Shown here piece after piece: positions 20,627 to 30,426 of a stretch of 64,000 nucleotides of DNA (positions are counted from its first letter, which is position 1; every line of letters starts with the position of its first letter). A model generated the notes under the pieces. It was not told the origin of the DNA. It saw only the letters and a program-made list of their open reading frames with translations, and did no database searches. The stretch spans positions 1-64,000 of IMG/VR virus record IMGVR_UViG_3300014204_000134; one strand, 5' to 3'. The stretch is from a virus (Duplodnaviria > Caudoviricetes). A program made the translations under genes and the position numbers.

Positions 20627-21148
20627 ATGAATAAAATAATGATATTGAAAAGTGGTTCCCCTGCTTTACATAAATTGGGTGATATAGGTAGGGAAGTAGA
20701 CGATTTAATTAGAGTACATTCAGAAACAGAAGAATATTATATTGGTAGTTTTGAAGAAGGTCTTGGATTTATTGATGTTAAGTTTAAAAAAGAAGACTGT
20801 AGACCGCTAACAGAAGAAGAGAGAAAAGATTTAAATGGTAAATGGTATGGTATTAATGGTATGCCTTTATATAGAATTTACGTTGATGAACAAGGTAATG
20901 TTGTAAAAGGAAAATATATCATGAAAAAAGGTACAATTACTAAAGTTACTGACCAAATAGGAGAAGATAAGTCATCTAATTTTATTGGATTAAATGTTGA
21001 ATTTTATGAGGATATTACTATTGATCAAAGTTTGGTAATGTTTATTGGTGATAAATGTATTACAACTTCTAAAGTAGTTAATGTTGAAATTACTGAAAAT
21101 ACTTATGTGATATATACTAAAAATAGTATTTATTATATATCAATATAG
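20627..21148 (+). CDS. hypothetical protein
   Basis: SD GAGGAG + ATG at 20627. Confidence 0.65.
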   Translation: MNKIMILKSGSPALHKLGDIGREVDDLIRVHSETEEYYIGSFEEGLGFIDVKFKKEDCRPLTEEERKDLNGKWYGINGMPLYRIYVDEQGNVVKGKYIMKKGTITKVTDQIGEDKSSNFIGLNVEFYEDITIDQSLVMFIGDKCITTSKVVNVEITENTYVIYTKNSIYYISI

Positions 21149-21357
21149 GACACTTTTTTAAAGGAGAGAATAATGAAAAAAGTTAAAATAATTGCTAATA
21201 ATCCATTAGATAGTAATTGTAGCAATATATCTAATTTTATAGGTTGTACATATAAAGTTGTAAATGAATTAAAAAATGGTAAATTAGAAATTGATTTTGG
21301 TTTTGACATATTAACTGTTTATCCTGGTGAATATGAAATAATTGAATAGGTGATAAA

Positions 21358-21687
21358 ATGAATGAGATATTTGAAAAAGTAGGTATGATTACTTCATTTA
21401 ACGATTTGCGATTTACTATTGATGAAATTGAAAAATATATTATTGAATTAAATGAAGAAAATGAGAATTTACAAAATGAATGTGAATTATTTTGTGAACT
21501 TGAAAAAGATAATGAAACATTAAGAAAAAATAATATTATATATTATAACAAAAATAAAGAATTAAAAAGTAAACTTCAAAACTATGTTAATATTTGTGAA
21601 TATTTACTAAGTAATTATGAGTTATTAAAAAAAGATTTTGATAATTTATGTACTATTAATGATAATACAAAAGAGTTATTAAGATAG
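21358..21687 (+). CDS. coiled-coil hypothetical protein
   Basis: SD AGGTGA + ATG. Confidence 0.6.
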   Translation: MNEIFEKVGMITSFNDLRFTIDEIEKYIIELNEENENLQNECELFCELEKDNETLRKNNIIYYNKNKELKSKLQNYVNICEYLLSNYELLKKDFDNLCTINDNTKELLR

Positions 21688-21885
21688 CAATAAATTATTC
21701 TTATAGAAAGGAAATTAAAATGAGAATATTTGAAAATGATGATATTAAAGAAGGTATACGATTTGGATTTATATTTGGTTTTATGTTTGGATTTTTATTA
21801 ATGGCAATTTTAATACATTTCCATTTAGTTGGAAATATATAGAGAATAAATTTTAACTTTAATTACCATTAGGAGGATTATAATA

Positions 21886-22161
21886 TTGCAATATATAAAA
21901 GTAATTTTACAAATACCAAAAAACCAAAGATATATACATTATATTAATAATGCTGACCAATTTTTAAATTTACCTATTGCTTCTAATAGAAAACCAGTTG
22001 GAGTTATAACTAAAATACTTAATAATAATGATGATTATATTGAAGTTGAAGGAACTTTGTATAATGCAGGAGTTAGTTATTCAAGACAAGAAAATCTGTA
22101 TTCACCTTTTAGGTTTGAGATTAATGAAAACATGGATAGACAGAATTATTACAATATTTAA
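21886..22161 (+). CDS. hypothetical protein
   Basis: SD AGGAGG + TTG. Confidence 0.55.
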   Translation: MQYIKVILQIPKNQRYIHYINNADQFLNLPIASNRKPVGVITKILNNNDDYIEVEGTLYNAGVSYSRQENLYSPFRFEINENMDRQNYYNI

Positions 22162-22313
22162 ATTATTTGATATTGTTTGATTATCCTGTCCTAGTTTAAT
22201 TAACCTGATTAAAGACTATCCAAGGAAGTGAAAATAAAATAGAATATATTGTACATTATGATTGTTTAGGTACAAAACTTAACTTTTATGGTAGTTTAAG
22301 GAGGATAAAATAA

Positions 22314-22646
22314 ATGAAATTATTTGATGATTATAAAAATAAAATATCTCTTAATTCAAAAGAAAAAGGCATTACATATATGGTTGATTTATTATCTCAA
22401 TTAGATAAGGATAATAAAATAAAAGATTTATTAGTTATTGCAAGAATAAATGATGAAGAATTAGGATCGTCTGGTTTGCCACATAATATTTACAATTTTA
22501 CATCTATAGATACTAAAAATGAAGCAACTGTATTTATGCGTTTTGCTACGGATATTTTATTTGATAAAATGGAATATATTGCTGTTAAAGACTTTTTAAA
22601 AGAATACGAAGAACATTGTAGAGAAAATAATAAGATAAATGAATAA
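22314..22646 (+). CDS. hypothetical protein
   Basis: SD AAGGAGG + ATG; between two repeat sites. Confidence 0.6.
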   Translation: MKLFDDYKNKISLNSKEKGITYMVDLLSQLDKDNKIKDLLVIARINDEELGSSGLPHNIYNFTSIDTKNEATVFMRFATDILFDKMEYIAVKDFLKEYEEHCRENNKINE

Positions 22647-22699
22647 CATAAATAAAAAGTTAATATTATAATCATAATAAGGAAGTGAATATAATATAG

Positions 22700-23203
22700 A
22701 TGGCATTACAGAAAGCAATGGTGTCTAGTAAAAGTAACGAATGGTCTACCCCTTGGGATTTTTTTAATGAATTAAATAAAGAATTCGAATTTACATTAGA
22801 TCCTTGTTGTACACATGAAAATGCAAAATGTAAAAAATATTATACTTTAAAAGAAGATGGCCTTAAACAAGATTGGAGTAATGAAGTTGTATTTATGAAT
22901 CCTCCATATGGTGGTAATACAAGAATATGGATGGAAAAAGCATATAATGAAAGTTTAAAAGGGGCAATTATAGTTTGTTTAATAGTTTCTTCAACTGATA
23001 GATCATACTGGCATGATTTCATATTTCCTAAAGCAGCACAAATTAGATGGGTAAGGGGTAGAATTAAATTTGGAAATTCAAAATCAACTGCTCCTTTTGC
23101 AAGCGCAATAGTTATATTTGATCAAATAAATAATTATCCAGAAAAATACATATTTTATAATGAATCAGTTAGTCAGAGAATGAGAAAATTAATTAATACG
23201 TAG
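22700..23203 (+). CDS. phage Dam-type DNA N6-adenine methyltransferase
   Basis: EWSTP...FTLDPC...DGLKQDW...FMNPPY...GRIKFG...APF. Confidence 0.9.
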   Translation: MALQKAMVSSKSNEWSTPWDFFNELNKEFEFTLDPCCTHENAKCKKYYTLKEDGLKQDWSNEVVFMNPPYGGNTRIWMEKAYNESLKGAIIVCLIVSSTDRSYWHDFIFPKAAQIRWVRGRIKFGNSKSTAPFASAIVIFDQINNYPEKYIFYNESVSQRMRKLINT

Positions 23204-23242
23204 ATAGCATAAAAGTAAAATTTTAAGGTAGGAAGTGGTGAA

Positions 23243-23602
23243 ATCAATAAGCGAGAAATTTTAGAAGCATTAATTAACTTTTTAGGTACAAAAGTTAGCA
23301 AACTAATTGACATATCTCAAAAAGCAGAAACACAAGTAATCAAAAATTATTATAATGGTCAAACAAAAGCGTCTATTGAAGTTAGTGAATTAATTATAAA
23401 TTATATCAGTTGTAAATGTCCTAAGAAACCAATTGAACAAAATGACTATATAAACTTAATTGAATCAATAAAGTATCTAAGAGAAGAATGTATTAAAGAG
23501 TCTATGAAAAATGAAGATGGATTATATGATGCATTTTTAAAAGGTAAAGAAGATTTATATAGTGAGATAAAAGAAATTCTAGAAGATTACTTATATATTT
23601 AA
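23243..23602 (+). CDS. hypothetical protein (ATC start, not in track)
   Basis: 119-codon frame; SD GGAAGTGGTG; no ATG/GTG/TTG near the 5' end. Confidence 0.55.
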   Translation: MNKREILEALINFLGTKVSKLIDISQKAETQVIKNYYNGQTKASIEVSELIINYISCKCPKKPIEQNDYINLIESIKYLREECIKESMKNEDGLYDAFLKGKEDLYSEIKEILEDYLYI

Positions 23603-23622
23603 ATAAAAATAGGAGTGATTAT

Positions 23623-24303
23623 ATAAATAAATTTAATTTTAATAATATTATAATAAAACAAATACCTAATTCAGAAGCAAAGAAAATTATTAAAAAATAT
23701 CATTATACACACACTTGTTCTAAAGCTACAATATCACTAGCGTTTTATTATAATAATCAACTATGTACAGTAATAGTTTATGGTCAACCAACTGGTAAAT
23801 ATTTAGCATCTTCTATATGGGAAGGTGGTAATGAAAAAGAATGTACGGAATTGTTAAGATTATTTTCTTTTGATTGGTGTCCTAAAAATATTGAAAGTTA
23901 TTGTATTGCACAAAGTATTAAATTCTTAAAAACAAATTATCCAAAAATAAAAATATTAGTATCTTACGCAGATGCTAGTGTGGGCCATGTAGGTTACATT
24001 TATCAAGCAAGTAATTGGTTATACATAGGAAATTCTAGTCCTGAACCAGAAATATTTATAGACAATATAAAAAGACACAGAAGAGATTTATATGATAAAT
24101 ATGGTACATCTAGTATTAAAAAATTAAAAGATATTTTAGGTGAAAAATTACAAATAGGAAAGAAAAATAAAAAATATAAATATATATACATATTAGGTAA
24201 TTCTAAAAAAGAACATAAAGAATTAATAATTAAATTAAAAGTAAAAATAATAAATGATTATCCAAAAGGAGACTTAAATTATTATAACATCAATGCATCC
24301 TAA
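23623..24303 (+). CDS. Mom-like adenine-modification (GNAT-fold) protein, ATA start
   Basis: EAKKIIKKYHY, ELLRL, ESYCI, SYAD...GHVGYIYQASNWLYIG; SD AGGAGTG. Confidence 0.8.
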   Translation: MNKFNFNNIIIKQIPNSEAKKIIKKYHYTHTCSKATISLAFYYNNQLCTVIVYGQPTGKYLASSIWEGGNEKECTELLRLFSFDWCPKNIESYCIAQSIKFLKTNYPKIKILVSYADASVGHVGYIYQASNWLYIGNSSPEPEIFIDNIKRHRRDLYDKYGTSSIKKLKDILGEKLQIGKKNKKYKYIYILGNSKKEHKELIIKLKVKIINDYPKGDLNYYNINAS

Positions 24304-24348
24304 TACTACATATAGTATTAAACAACAAATTAACATCTATATATAGTA
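24304..24348. promoter_or_regulatory. tandem NrdR-box-like pair
   Basis: TACTACATATAGTA (24304) and ATCTATATATAGTA (24335), 31-bp period. Confidence 0.6.
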
Positions 24349-24391
24349 TATTATTGGCAATAAAAACACAATTTTATGATAGGGAGAATAT

Positions 24392-24748
24392 ATGTATAAT
24401 TTAAATGAAGTTGTTGATTTCATAGAAAATAAATATAAATTTAAATTATTAGAATATCAAAAAGAAATGCTTGATTATATAATTAAAGGATATACTTTTA
24501 GTTGTCCTGTACGTTCTGGTAGAAAAATGATATTAAATGGTTTTGTAGACTATCTTAAAGAAATACATGGTAAACACATAGATGGTTTTAAAGCACAAAA
24601 ACATTTTTCACTTGAGACAGTTATGAAAGAGAATAATTGGTATGAAGAAAGATTAAAAGAATTACAAAATAATAATATAAAATTTGAAACAGAATATCAG
24701 TGTGAATGGTTAGATAATAAATATTTAAAAGAAACAAATAAGGAGTGA
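24392..24748 (+). CDS. hypothetical protein with terminase-ATPase-like motifs
   Basis: KLLEYQ...RSGRK...FETEYQCEW. Confidence 0.55.
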   Translation: MYNLNEVVDFIENKYKFKLLEYQKEMLDYIIKGYTFSCPVRSGRKMILNGFVDYLKEIHGKHIDGFKAQKHFSLETVMKENNWYEERLKELQNNNIKFETEYQCEWLDNKYLKETNKE

Positions 24749-25233
24749 TAAATATACTGCAAAATATACTTAAAAAAGGACATCCTATATTTGGTAAACC
24801 TGCCGAATCTGTAAAACCAAGAGTAATACTTAGTAGTTATATAAAAAATATTATTGCTGAAATGAGTGCAACAATAGATAAACAACAAGTAACTTTTAAA
24901 CATCAAATAGTAGGTCTAACAGCAAATCAAATTGGATATCCGGTAAGAATCATTTGTTTAAATACTGATTCAAAAATATTTATGATTAATCCTGCAATAG
25001 AAAAAGAAAAAGGAAAACAAATAAGTTTAGAGGGTTGCGGAAGTGTCGATGGCGTATTATGTGAAGTTGAAAGACCAAAATATATTGAAGTACATTTTTA
25101 TGATGAAAATGGCGAAGATTGGTGTGGTGAGTTTACTGATTTAAATGCTTGGGTAGTAGAGCATGAAATTGATCATTTAGACGGAATATTTATTACTGAT
25201 AAAGCAATAAGAATAATTAAATTAGAAGATTAA
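24745..25233 (+). CDS. def: peptide deformylase
   Basis: VGLTANQIG, INP, EGCGS, EHEIDHLDG. Confidence 0.9.
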   Translation: MINILQNILKKGHPIFGKPAESVKPRVILSSYIKNIIAEMSATIDKQQVTFKHQIVGLTANQIGYPVRIICLNTDSKIFMINPAIEKEKGKQISLEGCGSVDGVLCEVERPKYIEVHFYDENGEDWCGEFTDLNAWVVEHEIDHLDGIFITDKAIRIIKLED

Positions 25234-25235
25234 TT

Positions 25236-25520
25236 GTGAACAATAAACAACAACTAATAGATGAGAATGTAAAATATATAAAAAATTTAGTTGACAATAT
25301 TGTTGCTGGCAAACAAATGGTTATTAATGTTTCTGAATATTGTATGTATCAAAAAATTGTTACTGATTTATCTATGTTGATTTCTTTTCCCTTAGATTCT
25401 GATAATGTAGAACAAATAATTGGATATGAAAAATGTCTAAAAATTGTTGCTGATATTTTATCGCAGGTATTAGTTGGCGAGATTGATGTGTTTAATAAAA
25501 AAGAAAAATATTTACAATGA
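25236..25520 (+). CDS. hypothetical protein
   Basis: Track ORF. Confidence 0.5.
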   Translation: MNNKQQLIDENVKYIKNLVDNIVAGKQMVINVSEYCMYQKIVTDLSMLISFPLDSDNVEQIIGYEKCLKIVADILSQVLVGEIDVFNKKEKYLQ

Positions 25521-25532
25521 GAAGGTGGTAAT

Positions 25533-25877
25533 ATAAAAGATAAAGAACCATTATTTTCTATAACTAAAAAAGATTTTAAAGTAGATTACTATAAGGGTAG
25601 TGGTGCTGGAGGACAAAACAGAAACAAGAGAGAAACAGCAGTAAGAATTACTCATTTAGAATCTAATGCAGTTGGAGAATGTTGTGAACAAAGAAATCAA
25701 TTGCAAAATAAAAGGGTTGCATTTGATAGGTTAATTAGTTCAGAAAAATTTCAGGTTTGGTTCAAAAAGAAATGTGGAATTGAAATGTTGAGTAAAGAAG
25801 AAAAAAGAAAAATTGAAGAAGAAGTAAATAGGTTAATGGACGAAAAATATTTGAAAATTGAATATTATACACCATAG
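25533..25877 (+). CDS. stand-alone GGQ peptidyl-tRNA hydrolase / release-factor domain protein (ATA start, not in track)
   Basis: DFKVDYYKGSGAGGQNRNKRETAVRITH...CEQRNQLQNKRVAFDRL; 114 aa; SD AAGGTGG. Confidence 0.85.
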   Translation: MKDKEPLFSITKKDFKVDYYKGSGAGGQNRNKRETAVRITHLESNAVGECCEQRNQLQNKRVAFDRLISSEKFQVWFKKKCGIEMLSKEEKRKIEEEVNRLMDEKYLKIEYYTP

Positions 25878-25906
25878 AATATAGTTTTATAGAAGGAGAA
25901 ATTAAT

Positions 25907-26089
25907 ATAAATAAACACGAATTGCTATATAGTTATGAAGATGTAATAATTAATCAAAAGAAAATTGATAAATACTTAATTGATAATTTTGCTAAAATTG
26001 GTATTCCCCTTTTTAATTCTGATGGAAGTTATAGACATTTATTTGAAGTAATAAATGATTTAGAAAGTGTTTGGGACAAAATACAATAA
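25907..26089 (+). CDS. small protein resembling a tape-measure core motif (ATA start)
   Basis: KIGIPLFNSDGSYRHLFEVINDLESVWDKI; SD AAGGAG. Confidence 0.5.
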   Translation: MNKHELLYSYEDVIINQKKIDKYLIDNFAKIGIPLFNSDGSYRHLFEVINDLESVWDKIQ

Positions 26090-26120
26090 TAAATGCAATC
26101 ATTTATGCTAGGAGGTTCCT

Positions 26121-26312
26121 ATGTGGTTGGTAGCAGAAGTAACCGAAATAAAAGATGAGAATAATCATAAACGTAAACCAGATATTTTATTTAGTACTGA
26201 CTGTCATATTTTAAGGGTATTAGATGAAAACGGAGAAGAATTATTTAATACTTCTAAATTAAAACCAATAATAAAAGAGGAAGTTAATGATAAAAACTCG
26301 GATTTGCAATAG
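26121..26312 (+). CDS. hypothetical protein
   Basis: SD AGGAGG + ATG. Confidence 0.5.
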   Translation: MWLVAEVTEIKDENNHKRKPDILFSTDCHILRVLDENGEELFNTSKLKPIIKEEVNDKNSDLQ

Positions 26313-26745
26313 TTGTGATCCCCCTACTGAGTGGCCTTTGACTGAAGAATATTTTTATAAGAATAAAGAAGGTATTGATGGATTTATTGATAAGTGTAAA
26401 AAATGCCAAAAGAAATATAATTTACAAAGATATTATGATAAAAATAAAAACTTAAATAAAATATATGATGTTAATGGTAAGAGTAAAGTTCCTATTGTTA
26501 ATGAAGTAAAAATAACTCAAAAAATGTTGAGACAATGGAAAAATGATTTAAAAACTAGATTGGTAATTCAATGCAAAAATTGTGGAGAATTACATGTATT
26601 TAATAAAAATTACGATTTTTATAATTGCGCTTGCAGAAGAAATTTGATTTATTTTTCTAGTGTCAATTTTGTCTGGTCAAAAATTATATTTAGAGATGAA
26701 AAAATGGAAGGTTATTCACTTTTAAAATATGATCCGTATAAATAA
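26287..26745 (+). CDS. Zn-binding hypothetical protein
   Basis: RICNSC...EYFYK...CKKC; CKNC...CAC. Confidence 0.55.
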   Translation: MIKTRICNSCDPPTEWPLTEEYFYKNKEGIDGFIDKCKKCQKKYNLQRYYDKNKNLNKIYDVNGKSKVPIVNEVKITQKMLRQWKNDLKTRLVIQCKNCGELHVFNKNYDFYNCACRRNLIYFSSVNFVWSKIIFRDEKMEGYSLLKYDPYK

Positions 26746-26757
26746 TAAAAATGAGAT

Positions 26758-27417
26758 TTGATGATAGGAGGAATTGTTATAGAAGGAAATTGTTCTTATT
26801 GTAATAAATATGGGAAAATATTAAAATATAATAATATTTATTATTGCGAAAAACATTTTACTCAATTAAAAAGACATGGAAAAATATTAGAAAAAACCAG
26901 ATTAGACAAAAATAACTTAATAATGCATGATGATTATTTTGAAATTGTACTCAGAAATAATAAAAACGAAGATGTGGGACATACATTAGTATCAAATGAT
27001 AAGTTTGAAATAGTTACTAAATATAAATGGAGATTATCTAAAGGATATATTATTACCACAAATAAAAACGGTAAAAATATATTTCTTCATAGATTAATTT
27101 TAAATTTATTAGATACTCCAAATATATTAGTAGATCATACCAATCATAATCCTTTAGATAATAGGAATGAAAATATAAGAAAATGTACATATAGTCAAAA
27201 TAATATGAATTCACGAAAAGAAAAGGGAAATAAATCTAATATTACTGGAGTAGTTTGGGATAAAGCAAGAAATAAATGGAGAGTACAAATAAGAATTAAT
27301 GGGATTATGACCAATCTAGGAAGATATAATGATTTTAAAGAAGCAGCAAAAGTAAGATTAGAAGCTGAAAGAAAATATTTTGGAGAATTTGCTCCTCAGA
27401 AGGATGTGATAATATGA
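26758..27417 (+). CDS. HNH-AP2 homing endonuclease
   Basis: LHRLIL...VDHTNHNPLDNRNENIR...N; AP2 GVVWDKARNKWRVQI. Confidence 0.9.
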   Translation: MMIGGIVIEGNCSYCNKYGKILKYNNIYYCEKHFTQLKRHGKILEKTRLDKNNLIMHDDYFEIVLRNNKNEDVGHTLVSNDKFEIVTKYKWRLSKGYIITTNKNGKNIFLHRLILNLLDTPNILVDHTNHNPLDNRNENIRKCTYSQNNMNSRKEKGNKSNITGVVWDKARNKWRVQIRINGIMTNLGRYNDFKEAAKVRLEAERKYFGEFAPQKDVII

Positions 27418-28031
27418 TAAAGATTGAAAAAATTAGTGTTTATAATTTTGAAAATAGCATAAGAGGTATGCGTAATGCCTTAAAATCATGGGACAGGTCA
27501 GACTCCTATAATTATTATGATCCTGACTTACATTTTAATACTTATATTATTGGTGAAAATGATATGAAACTTGCTTTAAAACTTATTAAAGCAGGATCAG
27601 AACATTCAAAGTTTTGCAGACAAATTTTTATTTCTATGGATATTACTGCTCCTGATTATTGGTGGAAAGAAATGGACACTTATAAAATTAATACAACCGC
27701 AAATAGCACTTCTACAATGCATAAAATTACTTCGAGATTACTTGATATGAATGATTTTAGCATTGATGAATGGGATGATAATGATTTTATGGTTTTAAAT
27801 AATTTAAATCAATTAATAGAAGAATATCAAAATACTAAAGATAAAAATGTATGGAGAAGAATTATACAAAAGTTACCTATGAGCTATAATTATTTAAGAA
27901 CTTGGACAGCAAATTATCAAAATCTTAGAAATATGTATTTTCAACGTAGAAATCATAAATTAGATTGTTGGCAAGATTTCTGTAAAGTAATTGAAGGATT
28001 GCCGTATAGTCAGCTAATAACTATTAGTTAG
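27414..28031 (+). CDS. ThyX/Thy1-like protein
   Basis: IRGMRN...SWDRSDS, HSKFCR, WWKEMDTY, STMH, LPMSY, RRNHKL; the family link is recalled, not searched. Confidence 0.6.
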   Translation: MIKIEKISVYNFENSIRGMRNALKSWDRSDSYNYYDPDLHFNTYIIGENDMKLALKLIKAGSEHSKFCRQIFISMDITAPDYWWKEMDTYKINTTANSTSTMHKITSRLLDMNDFSIDEWDDNDFMVLNNLNQLIEEYQNTKDKNVWRRIIQKLPMSYNYLRTWTANYQNLRNMYFQRRNHKLDCWQDFCKVIEGLPYSQLITIS

Positions 28032-28042
28032 GGAGGATCTTA

Positions 28043-28546
28043 ATGAAAGAAAAGAAAATTTATATCTGTGAAAAATGTGGAGAGGAATTTAATAGAACAA
28101 TTGAATGTGAAAACCACGAAGTTGAATGTATGGATAAAAAATTACAGTATGATAATAATGTAAAAAATACAGTTGTAAAATTAAAACAAAAATACGGTAG
28201 TCTCATTATAAATGCTGAATATAATACTAAAGTAGATATGTCTTCTTGTGAAAATGATATATATTATATTTACAAATTTGAAATTAAATTAGAACTTTCA
28301 AATGGAAATACAGTATTAATTTATGATGGTATGGATAAAGATTTACGGTCGGGAAACTATTTAGAAGAAAATATTATAATCGAATCTGCTAAAAATGAAA
28401 TTGAAAAATGTCTTCCTACAAGTTATGAAGGAATAATTAATTGGAAATATGAAGATGGTTGGAGAATTGATCGGATAGGTGATATGGAAATAAATGACAT
28501 TGTTAATAGATTACGTGGTAGAAAAGTAAAAATTGAAGCAATATAA
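28043..28546 (+). CDS. hypothetical protein with N-terminal C2H2-like finger
   Basis: YICEKCGEEF...CENHE. Confidence 0.6.
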   Translation: MKEKKIYICEKCGEEFNRTIECENHEVECMDKKLQYDNNVKNTVVKLKQKYGSLIINAEYNTKVDMSSCENDIYYIYKFEIKLELSNGNTVLIYDGMDKDLRSGNYLEENIIIESAKNEIEKCLPTSYEGIINWKYEDGWRIDRIGDMEINDIVNRLRGRKVKIEAI

Positions 28547-28580
28547 TAGTAATGAAAGAAAAGTTTTATGGGAGGAAGAT

Positions 28581-28805
28581 TTGATGAATAATTTTTGTAA
28601 TAAAGATTATACAGATTACGAAAAACTTAAAATGTTATTTAATGAATTTGGTATTAATTATGATAGTTATATTGAAAACAATAAACATATAATAAGTTTA
28701 CAAGCACCAGACAAAAAAGGTAAAATAAATGGCTATATTGGTTTTACAGCTATATTTAATTTTAATCAACATGATAAATTTTTAGATGTTGGCATATGGG
28801 AATAA
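28581..28805 (+). CDS. hypothetical protein
   Basis: SD GGGAGG in repeat flank; between two repeat sites. Confidence 0.55.
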   Translation: MMNNFCNKDYTDYEKLKMLFNEFGINYDSYIENNKHIISLQAPDKKGKINGYIGFTAIFNFNQHDKFLDVGIWE

Positions 28806-28832
28806 AAGATACATTTTAAAGGAGTTGATATA

Positions 28833-29126
28833 ATGGCAATAGGTGAATCACAAAATTGTAACACATGTAAATATAGATGGATGACTCAACTGAATTTTAA
28901 TTCTTCCCATGCACCAATAGGAGCATATGAAGCAGATTGTCATTGTGAAATTTGTACACTAATTAAAACTTATAAAAATGCATTAGATTTCGAATCTAAA
29001 ATCAAAGAAAACTTAAAACAACAAATCAAAGACTATATCTACAAACATAAACACCACGCAATGTATTATGATGATGAAGGTAGTTTAGGAGCGCAAAGTT
29101 TGTTGGATTATTTAGAATTGCTTTAG
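28833..29126 (+). CDS. hypothetical protein
   Basis: SD AAAGGAG + ATG. Confidence 0.55.
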   Translation: MAIGESQNCNTCKYRWMTQLNFNSSHAPIGAYEADCHCEICTLIKTYKNALDFESKIKENLKQQIKDYIYKHKHHAMYYDDEGSLGAQSLLDYLELL

Positions 29127-29138
29127 GAAGGTGGTATA

Positions 29139-29486
29139 ATCCTCTTACAAGTCTATACTGCTCAAATAAAATATACTAACCTAAACAAAATTACAAATAA
29201 TCCAGATTATTTAATTCTTGACCAAAACAAAATTTTTTCACCTGTCAGGGGTATCATACTAGGACGTAAAAACGGTAGATTGTCAGATAAACAATTTAAG
29301 CAAATGTATTATGATTTTCTTAAAGAGAGTTATGAAACTAATAAAGAAGAATTTAATTATTTATTGAATAAAGAGAAAATAATAATAGCAAGTAATTCTT
29401 ATTATTACGAATACGCAGATAGAGTATTACTTGCTAAATTTCTTGAAAAACTTGGTGCTGAAATAAAAGGAGAGATTACTATTTGA
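29139..29486 (+). CDS. DUF488-like protein (ATA/ATC start)
   Basis: LQVYTAQ...FSP...GRLSDKQFKQMY...R.LLAKFL; frame open from TAG at 29124. Confidence 0.5.
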   Translation: MLLQVYTAQIKYTNLNKITNNPDYLILDQNKIFSPVRGIILGRKNGRLSDKQFKQMYYDFLKESYETNKEEFNYLLNKEKIIIASNSYYYEYADRVLLAKFLEKLGAEIKGEITI

Positions 29487-29585
29487 ATCAATATGTACCA
29501 ATTAGTATGATGATAATATTTATAATTTGTATGTTTATTACATATAAATTAATGTTTAAATAAAAGGCAACAAAATTTTAGTTTT

Positions 29586-30395
29586 ATGGTAGTAAAGGAA
29601 GTGAAATTAATATTAGATATAAATAAAATATATAATATGAATTGTTTAGAAGGAATGAAATTAATTGATGATAAATCAATTGATATGATATTGTGTGATC
29701 TCCCTTATGGCACTACTGCTTGTAGTTGGGATATTATAATACCATTTAAACCCTTATGGGAACAATATGAAAGAATTATAAAAGATAATGGAACAATATT
29801 ATTATTTGGAAGTGAACCATTTTCGTCATTATTAAGAATTAGTAATTTAAAATTATATAAATATGATTGGATTTGGGAAAAGGGTAGAGCAAGTGGTTTT
29901 GTTCATGCAAAAAATAAACCATTAAAAGCACATGAAAATATATCAGTTTTTTCAAAAGGTACTACAGTACATAAAAATCAATCAAAAAATAGAATGATTT
30001 ATAATCCTCAAATGGAAAAAGGAAAACCATATATAAAGAAAATAACTCAAATAAATACAGGAAAATTAAACCACGAACCATCTGAAGCAAATATAAATTT
30101 TGTTGGAACTATTAATAAGAACAATGGAACAAGATACCCAAGAAGTGTAATTAAATTTTCAATACATAATGTAGGAAATATACATCCAACACAAAAACCA
30201 ATTAATTTATGTGAATATCTAATTAATACATATACTAACGAAAATAAATTAGTCTTAGACAATTGTATGGGAAGCGGAACAACGGCAATTGCATGTATTA
30301 ACACAAATCGAAATTACATAGGTTTTGAGTTAGACACTATATATTGTGATTTAGCAAATAAAAGAATACTAGATGTAGTAGGTAGGGTATTATAA
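29586..30395 (+). CDS. beta-class N4-C/N6-A DNA methyltransferase
   Basis: DCLEGM-like start, DLPY, HPTQKP, DNCMGSGTT. Confidence 0.9.
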   Translation: MVVKEVKLILDINKIYNMNCLEGMKLIDDKSIDMILCDLPYGTTACSWDIIIPFKPLWEQYERIIKDNGTILLFGSEPFSSLLRISNLKLYKYDWIWEKGRASGFVHAKNKPLKAHENISVFSKGTTVHKNQSKNRMIYNPQMEKGKPYIKKITQINTGKLNHEPSEANINFVGTINKNNGTRYPRSVIKFSIHNVGNIHPTQKPINLCEYLINTYTNENKLVLDNCMGSGTTAIACINTNRNYIGFELDTIYCDLANKRILDVVGRVL

Positions 30396-30426
30396 AAATT
30401 CCGTTTTATAGAAAGTGGTAAATTAA

